Shown piece after piece: positions 1 to 13,981 of a stretch of 64,000 nucleotides of DNA (positions are counted from its first letter, which is position 1; every line of letters starts with the position of its first letter). The position numbers were made by a program, and so were the translations under genes. Source of the stretch: the human T2T-CHM13v2.0 reference genome, Homo sapiens. The stretch spans positions 37,408,001 to 37,472,000 of the forward strand of contig CP068257.2 in assembly GCA_009914755.4 (NCBI GenBank). Reading direction: 5' to 3'. The notes under the pieces were generated by a model that was not told the DNA's origin, made no database searches, and saw only the letters and a list, made by a program, of their open reading frames with translations.

Positions 1-680
1 TGTCAGGCTGCAGCGTCAGGAACAAAACCAGCAGCCCAGAGTTGATGAGGCGCAGGCGGTGCCCAGGCCCATGGGAGGGTTAATTAAGGCCGCCCTGAGC
101 TGCATACCTGAGTCTCAACACTTGGGCTGAACTGCAGACCTGAGTGCCGAGGACATGGGGCCAAAAGCCGAGAAGGAATGTGAGGCTGCCCACGCGGCCA
201 TCTTGGCCGGCAGCCACGGCTGACCTGGAGGGGTGAAGGCCTGGGATGCCATTCCTCCACAGAAGACTGCATTAGCCAGGGCTGGAGGAACGCCAAGGCC
301 ATGACCCACAGAAGCCCATGAGAGGCTGAGGCCCAGCCCGGCCCATCTTCTCAAGCCTGGCTTGACCCCCACCTGTGACATCCTGCTTGGTCCCGGAATC
401 AGTGTGATGTGATCAGGAAAGGCGAATTTCTGCTGTGTATTTGACAGAATATCAACTCAGAGTCCCTGGGGCTGCCACAACAAAGTAACACAAACCAGGA
501 GGCTTAAAACAACGGAAATGTATTGTCTCACCTTTCTGGAGGCAAGAAGTCCAAAATCAAGGCTGCTGTCCCTCTGAGACTCCAGACAGAGCCCCCCTTG
601 CCTCCTCTAGCTTCCGATGGTGACCATCAACCCTTGGCACTCCTCAGCTGGCAGCTGCATCGCTCCACTCGCTGCCTCCA

Positions 681-975
681 TCGTCACACTCCATGTGTGT
701 CTATGTCTCCAAATCACATTTTCCTCTACCTATAAGGACCAGCCATATTACAATGGGATCCCACCCTAATAACCTCCTCTTTACTTGATCACAACCACAA
801 AGACCCTATCTCAGCATCACTCCAATCTCTGCCTTCATTGTCACAATCCATGTGTGTCTGTGTCTCCACGTCACATTTTCCTCTACTTACAAGAACAAGC
901 CATATTAGATTGGGATGCACCCTAATGACCACCTCAACCTGCTTACATCTGCAAAGACCCTATCTCCAAATAAGT
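681..975. repeat. Tandem duplication, about 158-bp period, about 1.9 copies (copy A 681-838, copy B 839-975)
   Basis: Both copies start 'tcacactccatgtgtgtctatgtctccaaatcacattttcctctac…' and run to 'caaagaccctatctc'. The ORF-track protein 523-735 reads through copy A. Confidence 0.45.
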
Positions 976-1339
976 GCTCGTTTCCAAACACCAGGGGTTG
1001 GAACTTAAACACATCTTTTTGAGGGACACAATTTGACCCACAACAGAATCCTAACACTTGGGCTGAAAAGAAAGAAAAACGTCACAGCTCAAAAATCTTT
1101 ATAAAATAAGCATTATTGTTTAAAAATATAGAGAAATAGCCTGAAGATACATCATCTGGAGCTTTCATTTGTTGGACTATTATGCAGTCACTGAAAACTA
1201 TTATTCAGAGACAATGGGATGAGGTGACAATATATTTCTAACAATCTTAAGTGATACCTATGGTGGTGATGATGTGAAAACGTCACATGAATAATGAGGC
1301 CAGGGTGGGGAGATGAAACTGCTGTGGGGGAGTTGGGAG

Positions 1340-1873
<534 letters not shown>

Positions 1874-1957
1874 TAGTTTTCTAAGTGCACATTAGGCGAA
1901 ACATACATCCCTTCCACCTCTGAGGGCAGCTGGGGTACTGACACAGCTGAAATGAAT

Positions 1958-2397
1958 GTGTTAGGCCATTTTTGCATTGCCATAAAGAAATATCTGAGGC
2001 TGGATAACTTTAAAAAAAAAAAAAAAAAGAGGTTTATTTAGCTCACAGTTCTGCAGGCTGTACAGGAAGTGTGATGCCAGCATCTGCTCAGCTTCTGGGG
2101 AGGCCTCTGGGAGCTCTCACTCATGGTGGAAAGCAAGGGGGTGGGGTACACACATCACACTCGAGAGCAGGAGCATGAGAGAAAACGGGAGGTCCCAGAC
2201 ACTTTTGAACAACCAGATCTCACGTGAAATGAGTGAGAACTCGCTCATCACCAAGGGAATGGTGCTAAGTCATTCATGAGGATCCACCGCCATGACCCAA
2301 CACCTCCCACCAGGCCCCACCTCCAACATCTGGGATCGAATTTCAGCATGAGATTTGGAAGGGGCGAACATCCAAACAGTAGCAATGTCCTAAGGAT
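1958..2397 (-). mobile_element. MaLR LTR (MST/THE1-like, diverged), solo-LTR-like
   Basis: Antisense match to the THE1/MST LTR consensus: 'gaggtttatttagctcacagttctgcaggctgtacagga…gcttctggggaggcctc…acacttttgaacaaccagatctcacgtga…gatccaccgccatgacccaacacctcccaccaggccccacctccaacatctgggat…atgagatttggaagggg'. Contains an internal A17 expansion at 2016-2033. Confidence 0.7.
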
Positions 2398-3300
2398 GCA
2401 ACCCCCCCACCCCCCGGAGAACTCTACGGCATTCTAATGAAACGGTTCGCCCTTCATGTTATTACAGAGCAAGGCTGCATTTCCATCATTGTCCTTTTAA
2501 ATGCTTAAGTGAGCCCAGTTACCAATCAATACTACTGACAACAGGAAGAGGAAAAGAAGGAAGAATCAGCGATACAAAGAGCACAAAGTCAAAATGAGTC
2601 CAACCACTGGACATGGGTGTCACTGGCAGAAACTTCCAGAAGCTTGGTTCAACATTACCTGCCACAGGCTCAACCTTAAGGCTTTGAGCTGATACAAGAA
2701 CTCCAAGAATTGTTTCCTGGCACAATTTCACTCATTTGCCAAGTTCTACAGCGTGGGAACCTGCAAAGCCTCCCCATCTCATCACCACTACGTGACCCAT
2801 TCGTTCCACACTGGCCTACGGGGCGTCCATCCAGGGAGGCGTGTAGCTGTGGCCAGGATGCAGCAGAGGACATCTCGGAGTCCCTGCCCTCATGGGCTCC
2901 TGGGACTGTGAAGGGGACAGTCAACAAACAGAAGAGTGCTGGGAGTGTCAAGAGGTGATGATCGCCCAGAGGAAAAGACAAGGTGAGAGGGGAGCCCAGC
3001 CCAGGGTCGAGTTCTCGGGGGCGGGACGTTTGCACAAAGATGCTGTGAAGTGTGGGGGGAGCAAGCATTCCTGTACTCAGGGGACAGAATGTCTCATCCA
3101 AAAAGGACCAGCAGGTGCTTCCAGGAACATCAAGAAGCAGGTGTGTCTGGGGCAGAGCAAGTGAGCAAGAGACAGGAGGAAAGAGGCCAGAGGGAGGCTG
3201 GGGCCAGAACAGTCAGGGCCTGGAAGCAAAGGTCCAGACTCCAGATTTTATTCTTCGTGAGAAGGGGGCCGCTGCAGGGCTTTGAGAAGGCAGTGTCACT

Positions 3301-3585
3301 TTTTTTTTTTTTTAAATAGAGTCTTGCTCTGTCACCCAGGCTGGAGTGCAGTGGCATGATCTCAGCTCACTGCAACCTCTGACTCCTGGGTTCAAGTGAT
3401 TCCCCTGCGTCAGACTCCCAAGTAGCTAGGACCACAGCTACATGCCACCACGCCCAGCTTATTTTTGTATTTTTAGAGACGGGGTTTCACTATGTTGGCC
3501 AGGCTGGTTTCAAACTCCTGACTTCAGGTGATCCTCCAGCCTTGGCTTCCCAAAGGGCTGGGATTACATGTGTGAGCAACCGAAA
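3301..3585 (-). mobile_element. Alu SINE (antisense)
   Basis: T13 tail followed by 'agagtcttgctctgtcacccaggctggagtgcagtggcatgatctcagctcactgcaacctc…cccaaagggctgggattacatgtgtgagc'. Confidence 0.9.
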
Positions 3586-3917
3586 CCAACCAGCAGTGTC
3601 ACCTTTAAAGGGATATCTCTGGATGCTGTGTAGAGAACAGCTGGGGTATGGTACCCAGAGTGAGGAAGGGGCCAGGGCAATAGCTGTGGGGTTGCTGAGA
3701 GGGGGCAGACTCTGGACAATTGTTGAGGGATTTGCACAGAGCATGCCAGGATTCAACAAGCCCAGCATGTCCACCTTTGGAGCCAGGACCCCAGGGGAGC
3801 CACAGCAGGGCCAGAGCAGAGGAGAGAGAAGACACACTGGGATCCATCAGCACCTCTGCCTCCATCCATTGATTTTCTGAGACTCACACTAGTTCCTCTT
3901 GAGGGGTTGTTATGTAA

Positions 3918-4060
3918 AATACAGGATGCCCCACTAAATTTGAATTGCAGATCAACAGTGGATAATTTTTTAGGCATAAGTATTTCCCATGCAATACATG
4001 GGATATGGTTACACTGAAAATTTGCTATGATTGATCTGCATTCAACTTTAAATAGAAGTT
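3918..4060. mobile_element. Diverged partial copy of a palindromic MITE (same family as 49597-49821)
   Basis: 'acaggatgccccactaaatttgaattgcagatcaacagtggataattttttaggcataagtatttcccatgcaatacatgggatat…' resembles the arms of the intact copy at 49.6 kb. Confidence 0.35.
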
Positions 4061-4194
4061 CTGTTATTTTGTTTGTTAAATGGGCCAAGTTCTATCAGAA
4101 CTCCCCAAAAAAGGAGACTCTGGAAAATGTATTCCCAGCTTGACCAAGACAGAGCTCCTGTCCCCAGGAACTGACAAAAACAACCACTACCAAC

Positions 4195-4350
4195 ACTGAG
4201 TGCTTACCATGCACCCAGCACTGTGCCCACATGTTCAGCACTTCATCTAATTCCACAGCCCAGAGGATTACATTTTATTACTACTGGTTTGCAGATGAGA
4301 AAACTGAGGTTCACAAAGATACGCCAACTTACCAAAATTACACAGGTGGG
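4195..4350 (+). mobile_element. MIR SINE fragment
   Basis: 'ttgcagatgagaaaactgaggttcacaaagatacgccaacttaccaaaattacacag' matches the MIR core region (…ttacagatgaggaaactgaggc…). Confidence 0.55.
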
Positions 4351-4364
4351 CATAATAATAGCTA

Positions 4365-4590
4365 ACACTTACACAGCACATGTAAGCTCAGGCATGGATC
4401 TAAATGGATCTCACTTAATCCTTTTTCACAGCTCTATGAGACAGGAACTGTTATTGAACCCATTTTACAGATAAGGAAACTAAATCGTATTGGTGTTAAG
4501 TGGCCCAGTCAGGATTTGAACCCAGGCAGTGTGGCTGCAGAATCTGTGCTCTTACCTAGCATCTTAAACTACCACTGAACCACTTCTGAG
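4365..4590 (+). mobile_element. MIR SINE (nearly full length)
   Basis: 'agctaacacttacacagcacatgtaagc…tcacttaatcctttttcacagctctatgagacagg…cccattttacagataaggaaactaaatc…gtggcccagtcaggatttgaacccaggcagtgtggctgcagaatctgtgctcttacc' follows the MIR consensus. Confidence 0.75.
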
Positions 4591-4887
4591 GCCACCTCCC
4601 CACTCTTAATGAAACAACATTAATGCACAAGAAACACTCAGAGAGTCCTAGTGGCAGGAATGGGGCAAACTGACAACAGAGGAGATGGAAATCATTGAGG
4701 ATTGGGGGAACCTAGGGAGGGTTCATGGAGGAGGAGGCAGACAAGTAGGATATCTGAACAGTTGGAAGATGTGGCAAAAGGGAGGCTGACTAAACACCCA
4801 TGTTAGGAACTATAAATACATGAAGTAAATATCACTGATTACTGAGTTCTTCATATAAGCCAGGTGCTGTACTAAGCTTAGAATTTA

Positions 4888-5316
<429 letters not shown>

Positions 5317-7776
5317 CTAAAGTCAAAACAGGCACTTGCAGAATGGCTGGATTCAACAAGGTCATCATGGCTTCTGAAAGAAACAGAGCAAGGGGATTTG
5401 CTCTGAGAAATACAGCCTCCATCTCAGAACCCTGCAAAGATGCCCTCCCTGGCTGTCTGAGCAGCCTTTGCTGTCAGGCCCTGTTGGCAGAGGAAAAGTG
5501 AGCCGCCTGCCCTGGGTCAGGGAGAGCTGCAGCCCCCTCCTTGGGCAGAGATTTCACCCAACAGAGAAAACCTGGGTGGAAAATTGCATCCAGGAAGAAT
5601 AGAGGAAAGACAAAGGAAATGGCTGCCTTCTCCCCTGGGCACCCGCCCCCACGGCCACCACCTCTGTTGCTCACAACTTTATCCATTCCTTTCCTTGGGA
5701 ATCCACGGGTGTTCCAAGAGCTCTTTAGTGCAGTGCTTCAGAGCTTTGACTTTAGGGCAAGATTTGGCCACTGTGAGCAATCTGATGACTCCGTTTCTGT
5801 TTCTAAAAACCTTCAGGAGGCAAATGCAGAAATAAGTACAAAAAAAGTGAGCAAACCTAGAGAAAACCTGCCAGCCTGGAAGAGAGAATGGATGTGCCTA
5901 TGGGCAAGGCCATCCATACGCATGATGACCAGGCTAACTGTGAATCACAGATTAGAACTGGGGCAGCTCTGGGTGTTAGAATGCAACGTGGAAGCATTAA
6001 TGAATCCCAGCATTCAGCTGGGATTCCAGAAAAATGGAGTTTGGCAGATGCAGACTCCTTGTCTAAGACTTCTTTTAGGAGCCCTCCTTGCGTTGTGGTA
6101 TCTTCTATTTGCTCCATCAGCCCTGGGCTCTCAGTGATTGGAGGGGTCTGTGTGAGTGGTTCCAGACCAGCTCAGTATGTTACTAGGTTGTATTATCAAG
6201 TAGAAGCCTGCAGCTTCTGTAGCAGTCTCTGTGCTTTTTCTCGATAGTGAGCTATGATTAGGGTGAGCTCAGAGCTGAAAGTCAAACAGAAATGCAGATG
6301 GAACCAATCAGCCTCAGATTCCAAAGCAGCTGATAAAAGCATAACATACCAAAAAGAATGTTGGTCGCACAGGAAGGAAGCCATAGCCCCTTGCCGTCTG
6401 CATTAGGGAGGATTTTAACTTTTTGCTAGTTAATTTTGTAATTTTTAAAATCTTGTATAAGATTGTGCACCATTTGAAATAAGAAAAAAATCTTTAAAAA
6501 AATTTTTTTAAAGGAGATAAAGATAATGAAAGAAAGGAGCCTTGAGGACAGTAATTGCCAAACCATACTGCTGAGTTCAATGCCTGGGTGACAGACATTT
6601 TACCTGCAAAACACATAAGGTTTTCCTTCTTAGTAAACTCATGCAGGCTTTACTATTAAAACACAGAAGCACTATCGCAGGAAGGACATTGACATAAAGT
6701 GCTTTCAGGGCCCTTGAAGCACGGACTTTAATCAATTTTCCTGTGTCTACTGAAGGAGGCTTCAGCTCTTTGGTTTAAAATAACCCAGTGGATGGCCCTT
6801 AATTTCAGAAATTGTTCTATGCAGTTTTTTTCTCAGCAGGATGCAGAAAGCAATCCCCACTGTGGCTGAGAGGAGAGCGGGCCTGGTGGGCTCCACTCAG
6901 TGGCAGCCAGTGGTCACTTCTGGATCGGTTCCTGGCTGGGGTCCATTGTCCTGACCTGCTGGTCCCACACCCCACAGAGGAAAGTTGCTATTAATACCCT
7001 CTTCAGGTCCCTGCAGGAAGCTCGGCCTTCTCCAGATGCCACTTAGGAGTCAATCCTTGTTCCAAAGAAAGAGAGCATAGAATGCAAACTTGTGTCAGGT
7101 TGAAGAGGCTGGGGACAGGGGCATCCCAGGCTGCTCATCCACAGGTCATCGTCACTCGGCTCCTAAAGAGTACATCGTCGTGGAGGAAGGACAGACAGAA
7201 AACATGATCTGCTGGCTCCAGACCCACACCTCGCTGGCCCCTCTGGCCTCTCCCATCACTCACCTGCAGGGCAACCGCCTCCAGCCCTCACCTGCATTCC
7301 TGGGATTCCTGCAGCTACATCCTCCCTGGTCTCCCAGCTCTGCTCTTTTGAGCCTCCACATGGGGCCCAGAGATATTCTTTCATGAAGTGAGTCAGGTGG
7401 GAACCACCCAAATGTCTGTCACCTGATGCATGGAGAAATAAATTGTTGTCTGTCCACGTGATGGACTATTCCTCAGCCATGGCAAGGGATGAAGTGCTGG
7501 CCCACACTCTGACGTGGATGAACTGAAAACATTCTGCTGAGGGAAAGAAACCATCACAAAAGGCTTGTAGGATTCCATAGATATGAAATACCCAGAATAG
7601 GCGAATCCACAGACACAGAAAGTGGTTGTCAGGGGCTGGGGGGAGGGAGGACGTGGCGTGACTGTGCATAGACTAAGAGTCTCTTTTTGGGGTGATGAAA
7701 GTGAGCCTGTTTTGGGGGTGATGAAGTTCTGGAATTAGAAAGTGGTGATGGCTGCACAACGTTGTGAATCTACTGA

Positions 7777-8155
<379 letters not shown>

Positions 8156-8744
8156 AGTAAGCCAGAGCATGACAACACCTAGCATAAAACCGACCAGACC
8201 AGAGGCTCCCCCACCTCACCCTAAAGCCTCACCATGACCTACGCGATTCTCCCAGTGTGCTCTCATGCCTGGCCACTTCCCCGGCACCTCCTACCTCCAC
8301 TGTTCTGTCCCCATGCTCTTCAGCCATGCTGGCTTCCTTGCTGAACCTTGAACTGCCCAAATACACTGCTGACTTGGGGTCTTGGCGTAAGCCATTCCGT
8401 TTGCTAGAAACATCTTCCCTGGGTCTTCCCACTGCTTCCTCACTCCATCAGGCCTCATCTCAGAAGCCACCTTCTCTCACACGCTGGGCTAAAATGCCTC
8501 CCTCCCCTGGCCCACTGCTCTGCTGTCTGGCCTCCTTCCTTTTCTCTTGGCAACACCCCTCCTGAACTCATACACTTGTTCACTAATGTATGTGGTTGTT
8601 TAGAGTCTGTCTCCTGCACAGCAGGTCAGCTCCGCGAGAGCAGGGACCAGGTCTGGTTTTGTCCACTGCAGTATCTCAGTAACCAGGACAGTTCCTGGTA
8701 CACAGTGCTGAATAGATCCAGTGACATAGCATCGTTTATGTCTA

Positions 8745-9134
<390 letters not shown>

Positions 9135-11734
9135 CTACTACAAGAGACTCATAGACACAATGTTATGGGGTTTAAATAAAGGAAAAGCTTTTCTACCTTG
9201 GCATGAGGGGGGCTCAGGGTAGAATGGAAGCCAAGGTGTGTGGCTAGGTAGTCCCTGGGCTGGGGCAGGACACAAGAAGGAATTCATTCGCTCAGGCAGC
9301 AAGGGAGCGTGATGCTTCCCTGTGCCCTTGCTGACCCTCATGATCGTCTTTAAAGCTGACCAATTATATTAGGTGACAGTGGCATTTTGTATTAATTAAC
9401 GCTTCTTTGATTGTTAGTGAGGTTGACTGTTTTTCACATGTATATATTAATCATTTCTATTCATTCTTATAGTTATCTGTAATTGTGTTCATTGCCCATT
9501 TTTCCACTGGATGTTTGCAGTTTGTTAATTTGTTGAAAGTGTTCCTTATTAAGACACTGATGCTTACACACACATTTATATACACGTGATACAAATATAT
9601 AGCATATATAGCAAATTGAAATTTCTGGTTTATTATTTACCTTTTCATTTTAACATCATCTTTAGATATGTAGTCAAATTCTTTTTTTATGCTGTTCTTT
9701 TTGCTTCTATATCTAGAAATGTCTTAACTCTAAAAATAGATCAGTATTTATCTTTTTTGTAACTGTTTTTATAATGCAAGAGTATAGAAGATGACACTTT
9801 TACTTATAAGTAATAACTTTTATACTTGTGGAATTAATTTTGTTACATAGAAGAGCCATATGTACCAAGAATCTTTTAAAAATTTCCCACTGTTAACCCA
9901 GCAATTCCATTTCTGCAACCCTCTACGAAGACCTGTTTCTCACCCAGGCACCCCCGAGGCATAACATGAGAAGTAGCAGATGAGATCTGAGGCCTCAGGG
10001 TCCCCAGGGCTCATCTCCCTGGACATCCATTGTACTGAAAGCCTTTGCAGGTAGGGCTAAATTAATGACTCATTTCACGGATTAGTAATTGAAGACATTA
10101 TTTTAACATTAAAACAAATCAGATCACTTTCAAGAAGAAAGCAACATTCTCCTGAAATTCTAAGAAAAAGGTGAAAACCTCAAAGCTTCTCTTTGGGGGA
10201 TACACTTTGGCAAGATGTTGGAGAATCACTATCCACACCAACAGATCTGAGATATGCGCCGAGATTTATTTACAATGTTCACTGCAGCATAATTGTGCAA
10301 AAAAATGGACACAATCTAAATATCCAACAGTAGCAAATTGGCTCAATCAATTATGATATGATCTCATATGATGAACGGGGTCCATTGAAACTGTTTCCAT
10401 GAAAATAATTTTAGTTGCAATCACTTTTTTCAACATCTAATGTAATCATGAGAACATATTAGAAAAAGTATCGAGCAGGCAGTCAGCTAAAAGGTTCCCA
10501 GTGGCAGAACAGCTGAAGGCGGTTCTTTTCTCCTTGATACTTTTCTGAACTTTCATTTGCTCCACAGTGACTTTATGATTTTCTACTCAGAAGAAGAAAG
10601 TGTGGGGTTTGTGGCTGCTGTTTGGTTTGGCAGCTCGCTTTGTTTTTGAAAGAGAAGTGGAGCGGAGGGAGCAGCGCTGTTCGTGTAGAGGGCCTTGGGG
10701 AGACGCCTGGGAACGGGGCCCCTTCATGCCTTGTCTGCATGTTAGGAATAGAGACGTGAATATTTTTACATCAGTTTTAACACCTTTGCAGGCCTGTAGG
10801 TTGGAAATAGCTGGTCAATGTCTGGTGCGTCCCAGCATGGGAGGCGCGTCCCTCTCCAGCCCCATGCGACATTCTCGGGGTTGACTTGGGGTCACAGTTG
10901 TCTGCTCCCAGTGTTTGATCAGCTTCATTTCCAAAATGGGTCACTCACAGGGCGGTGTGTGATCATGTGTGCGACGTGGCTCTTCAAAGCTGTTTCCTGG
11001 TTGGGAAATCTTCACACACACACAAAGGTCGAGTCTGCTGTCTGTCCAGCGTTGACGGTGCCTGCCACACCTCACGTCTGCACCCTCTCCTGTCCCCGCC
11101 TCCGGGCCTTCTGCCCATAGCCAGGTGTGACAGCCAGGGCTGCCGCCTCCCGATCAGGCAGTGCACAGCCCTGGGACCCCCAGGGACACAGACCTAAGGG
11201 AAAGTGAGCCCCCAAACCTGCCTTCCAGCCAGCCTGCTTGGAGGAAATGCCCTAGCTTTATTGAACACTTAATTACTTAATAAATATTAGATGATACCAT
11301 TCTCCACAAAAAAAAAAAAAAAAAAGATTGAAACCCAGAGAGAGATGGGCAAGTCACGAAAACAAGAATAAAGGGGATTATTCTTCAAGGTAACAGGATA
11401 TGAAGAGAAGTGCCCCCAGGCTGGTCCGCTGGAGCATTTAGGACAGCAGAAGAGAGGCCTCTTTATAATCTCCCGACCTGAAATTCACCCTCATCGCTCC
11501 CAGCTTCACATACAACCTGGAACTCCGGGGGAGATGGGGAAAGCCGGGGGGCGGCCCCTGTGACCTGGCTGACCCAGGTCTCATGACAGAATGTGAAAGA
11601 CTCCTTTATTTGTAATTCTCAGTACTCCCAAGTTGTAAGCCCCGATTTTACCTACAGGTACCTTTTGAGTATTTAAAGATGTGCCAAGCACACAGTAGAG
11701 AAGTATCATAGGTGGAGCCCAGGGCAAAGAGCTC

Positions 11735-11905
11735 AGGCCTGAGTAAATCAGCACCATCTCCCACCAGCTGTGTGACCTCAGGTAGGAGATTCAACCTCTC
11801 TGTGCTTCAGACTACACAGCTCCCAAACAGACAGAATTGCCAACCTGCCCCACAGCTATTGTCAGGGTTAAATGAGGGTACATCCATGAAGTGCTCAGAG
11901 TGGGG
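11735..11905 (+). mobile_element. MIR SINE (3' portion)
   Basis: 'agctgtgtgacctcagg…caacctctctgtgcttcag…gtcagggttaaatgagg…gtgctcagagtgggg' matches the MIR 3' half. Confidence 0.5.
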
Positions 11906-11964
11906 CGCATCCTGAGTGTCACAAAGGTTGGCAGCTGTTATTGTCTTGTTTTGATGGTTGGGTC

Positions 11965-12040
11965 ATCGTCATCATCATCATGATGATTATTATCCCCATT
12001 TCGCAGCAGTGAAAACAAAGGCTCAGGTCAGTCTGATTCC
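11965..12040 (+). mobile_element. MIR fragment (5' core)
   Basis: 'attattatccccatttcgcagcagtgaaaacaaaggctcaggtcag' resembles 'ttattatccccattttacagatgaggaaactgaggctcag'. Confidence 0.45.
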
Positions 12041-12909
12041 AGGGCTCCTTCTTTCTCATCTCCACTTTGCCTCCACCAATAACACCCAGTGGGGGCCCCA
12101 GTATGAAATTGTCTAACTCCTTACCTTCTTCACTATCTTTTTTCTTTTTCTGTCTCCTTTCCCCACTCTCTTTCCCATCTGTAAGCCAAAAACCCCAACA
12201 TCTAGGAAAAGCCAATCATGAAAAAAGTCATCCTCCCACCAATTTGTGCCTCCAGCCCAGACCTCTCTCCCAAGTTCCCAACTTACATGTCCAACAGCCA
12301 ACTCCACACCTCAGCCTCAGCATCTCACACTCCCTTCGCCCAAGACTAAACTCCTGCTCTTCATACACAACTTGCTGCCTGCAAAGACCTCCCCATCCCC
12401 AGTGACGCCATCCTTTTGGCTGCTCCAGCCAAGAGCCCTGGAGTCCCTGTCCATTCTCCTCTTGCTCTCACTCCCTCCTTCCCCTCTTCCAATTGGTCAG
12501 GAAGTCCTGCTGGCCCTTCCTTCAAAGTAAACCCAGGAGCCAACCACTTATTATCCTCCCGCTCTGCTCGCTCCTGGATTCCTGAACCAACTTCCTGGCA
12601 GTCTCCTAAGGTCAAGTGGCATCTGTCTTCTACTCAGCCTCCTGTGTGGCCCCCATATCACTCAGCGCTAACTGCAGGGGCCTCATCGTGGTCTCCACAA
12701 CCCTGTGTGATGCCTCGCCCACATCTTCCCTCTTCCATCCATGCCTCCTGTCCCCACCGTAGTGGCCTCATTGCCCCAGCTCAGGGGCTTTGTCCCAGCT
12801 GCTCCTTTGCCCTGGAACCCACCTATTGCAGGGAGCTGTTTGGCTTCCCAGCACCTCCTCTAAGCTCATATCCCACCTTCTTTTCCCTCCGGGGCCTACC
12901 CTGACCACC

Positions 12910-13350
12910 TGCAGTGGGTTGAATCACATCCTCCCCAACATTCATGTCCATGGGGAGCCTGTCATTGTGACTTTATTTGGAAATAGGGTCTTTGCAGATG
13001 TAATTAAGTTAAAGATTTTGCAATGAGATATCCTAGTTTTAGGGTGAGCCTAAATCCAATGATCGGTGTTCTTATAAAAAGAGGATAATACACACAGAGA
13101 TACAGAGACAAGGCCATGTGAAGATGGGGACAGAGACTGGGGTAATGGGGCCACAAGCCAGGGAAGCCTGGAACCACTAGAAGGTGGAGGAGGTAGGGAA
13201 GGATCTTCCCTAGAGCCTGCAGAGGGAATGCAGCCCTGCCAGCAACTCGATTTTCGATTTCCGGCCTCCAGAAGTGTGACAGGATAAATTTCTGTTGTTT
13301 TAAGTCACACAGTTTATGGTGCTTTATCAGGGCAGCCCTAGGACCCAAGT
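12910..13350 (+). mobile_element. Ancient interspersed repeat, family not assigned (copy 1 of 2 homologous about 440-bp elements)
   Basis: '…gggttgaatcacatcctccccaacattcatgtccatggggagcctgtcattgtgactttatttggaaatagggtctttgcagatgtaattaag…cctaaatccaatgatcggtgttcttataaaaagagg…ccacaagccagggaagcctggaacc…cctccagaagtgtgacaggataaatttctgttgttttaagtcacacagtttatggtgctttatcagggcagccctagg'. Alignable end to end with 49010-49455. Confidence 0.6.
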
Positions 13351-13880
13351 CCACTGTCCTATTGAACATCGAAGCCTGTCCCACCCCTCGATCCCCATAG
13401 CCCCACGTCTTCCTGCCAGTCTCTGCCACTTCTTTGTCCTCGTGCAGTTACCACTGCTGGCACGTGCTGTCATTTCTGCCCAACTGTGCTTATTTTTATC
13501 AGCTGTCTCCCCACACTGGGACCAAAGGGCTATGAGAGAAACTTCTTTGTCTTGATGAGCCTGGCAGTTCACAGGGCTGAATCAATATCTGTTCAATCAA
13601 TAATGGAATAATAAACAAACTCCTAAGGAATTGGAAAGGACCAGAAAACCCTTTCAGAATCTACATGAACTATCCATCTTCCTCCTCAGCCACCTTCATT
13701 TAACTTCATCAAACTGACAGCCAGCTTTGAAAACTAATGCTTTCTAGTTTTTGTTCTATTGAGTTTAGTGACAAGCATCGCAATAGTGATTGTATCTACT
13801 ATACTTCCCTGCACATTCCCTGTGTGGCTGGTAGAATCAATCAGCTCTTCTACAGCAAGATGGAAGAGTACTTGTCACTA

Positions 13881-13981
13881 AACCCAGGAAGCAGAGGTTG
13901 CAGTGAGCTGAGATCATGCCACTGCACTCCAGCCTGGGTGACAGAGCAAGACTCCATCTCAAAAAAAGAAAAGAAAAGAAA
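13881..13981 (+). mobile_element. Alu 3'-terminal fragment (about 100 bp)
   Basis: 'aacccaggaagcagaggttgcagtgagctgagatcatgccactgcactccagcctgggtgacagagcaagactccatctcaaaaaaagaaaagaaaagaaa'. Confidence 0.85.

Noticed and set aside
5541-6137. 198-aa plus-strand ORF
   Set aside because: It has a low-complexity proline-rich N-terminus, overlaps a MIR fragment, and carries no recognisable domain motifs. It was treated as a chance ORF.
11290-11325. A18 run as a possible Alu/L1 tail
   Set aside because: No Alu or L1 body lies upstream. It is kept instead as part of the possible retrocopy 3'-end finding, with low confidence.
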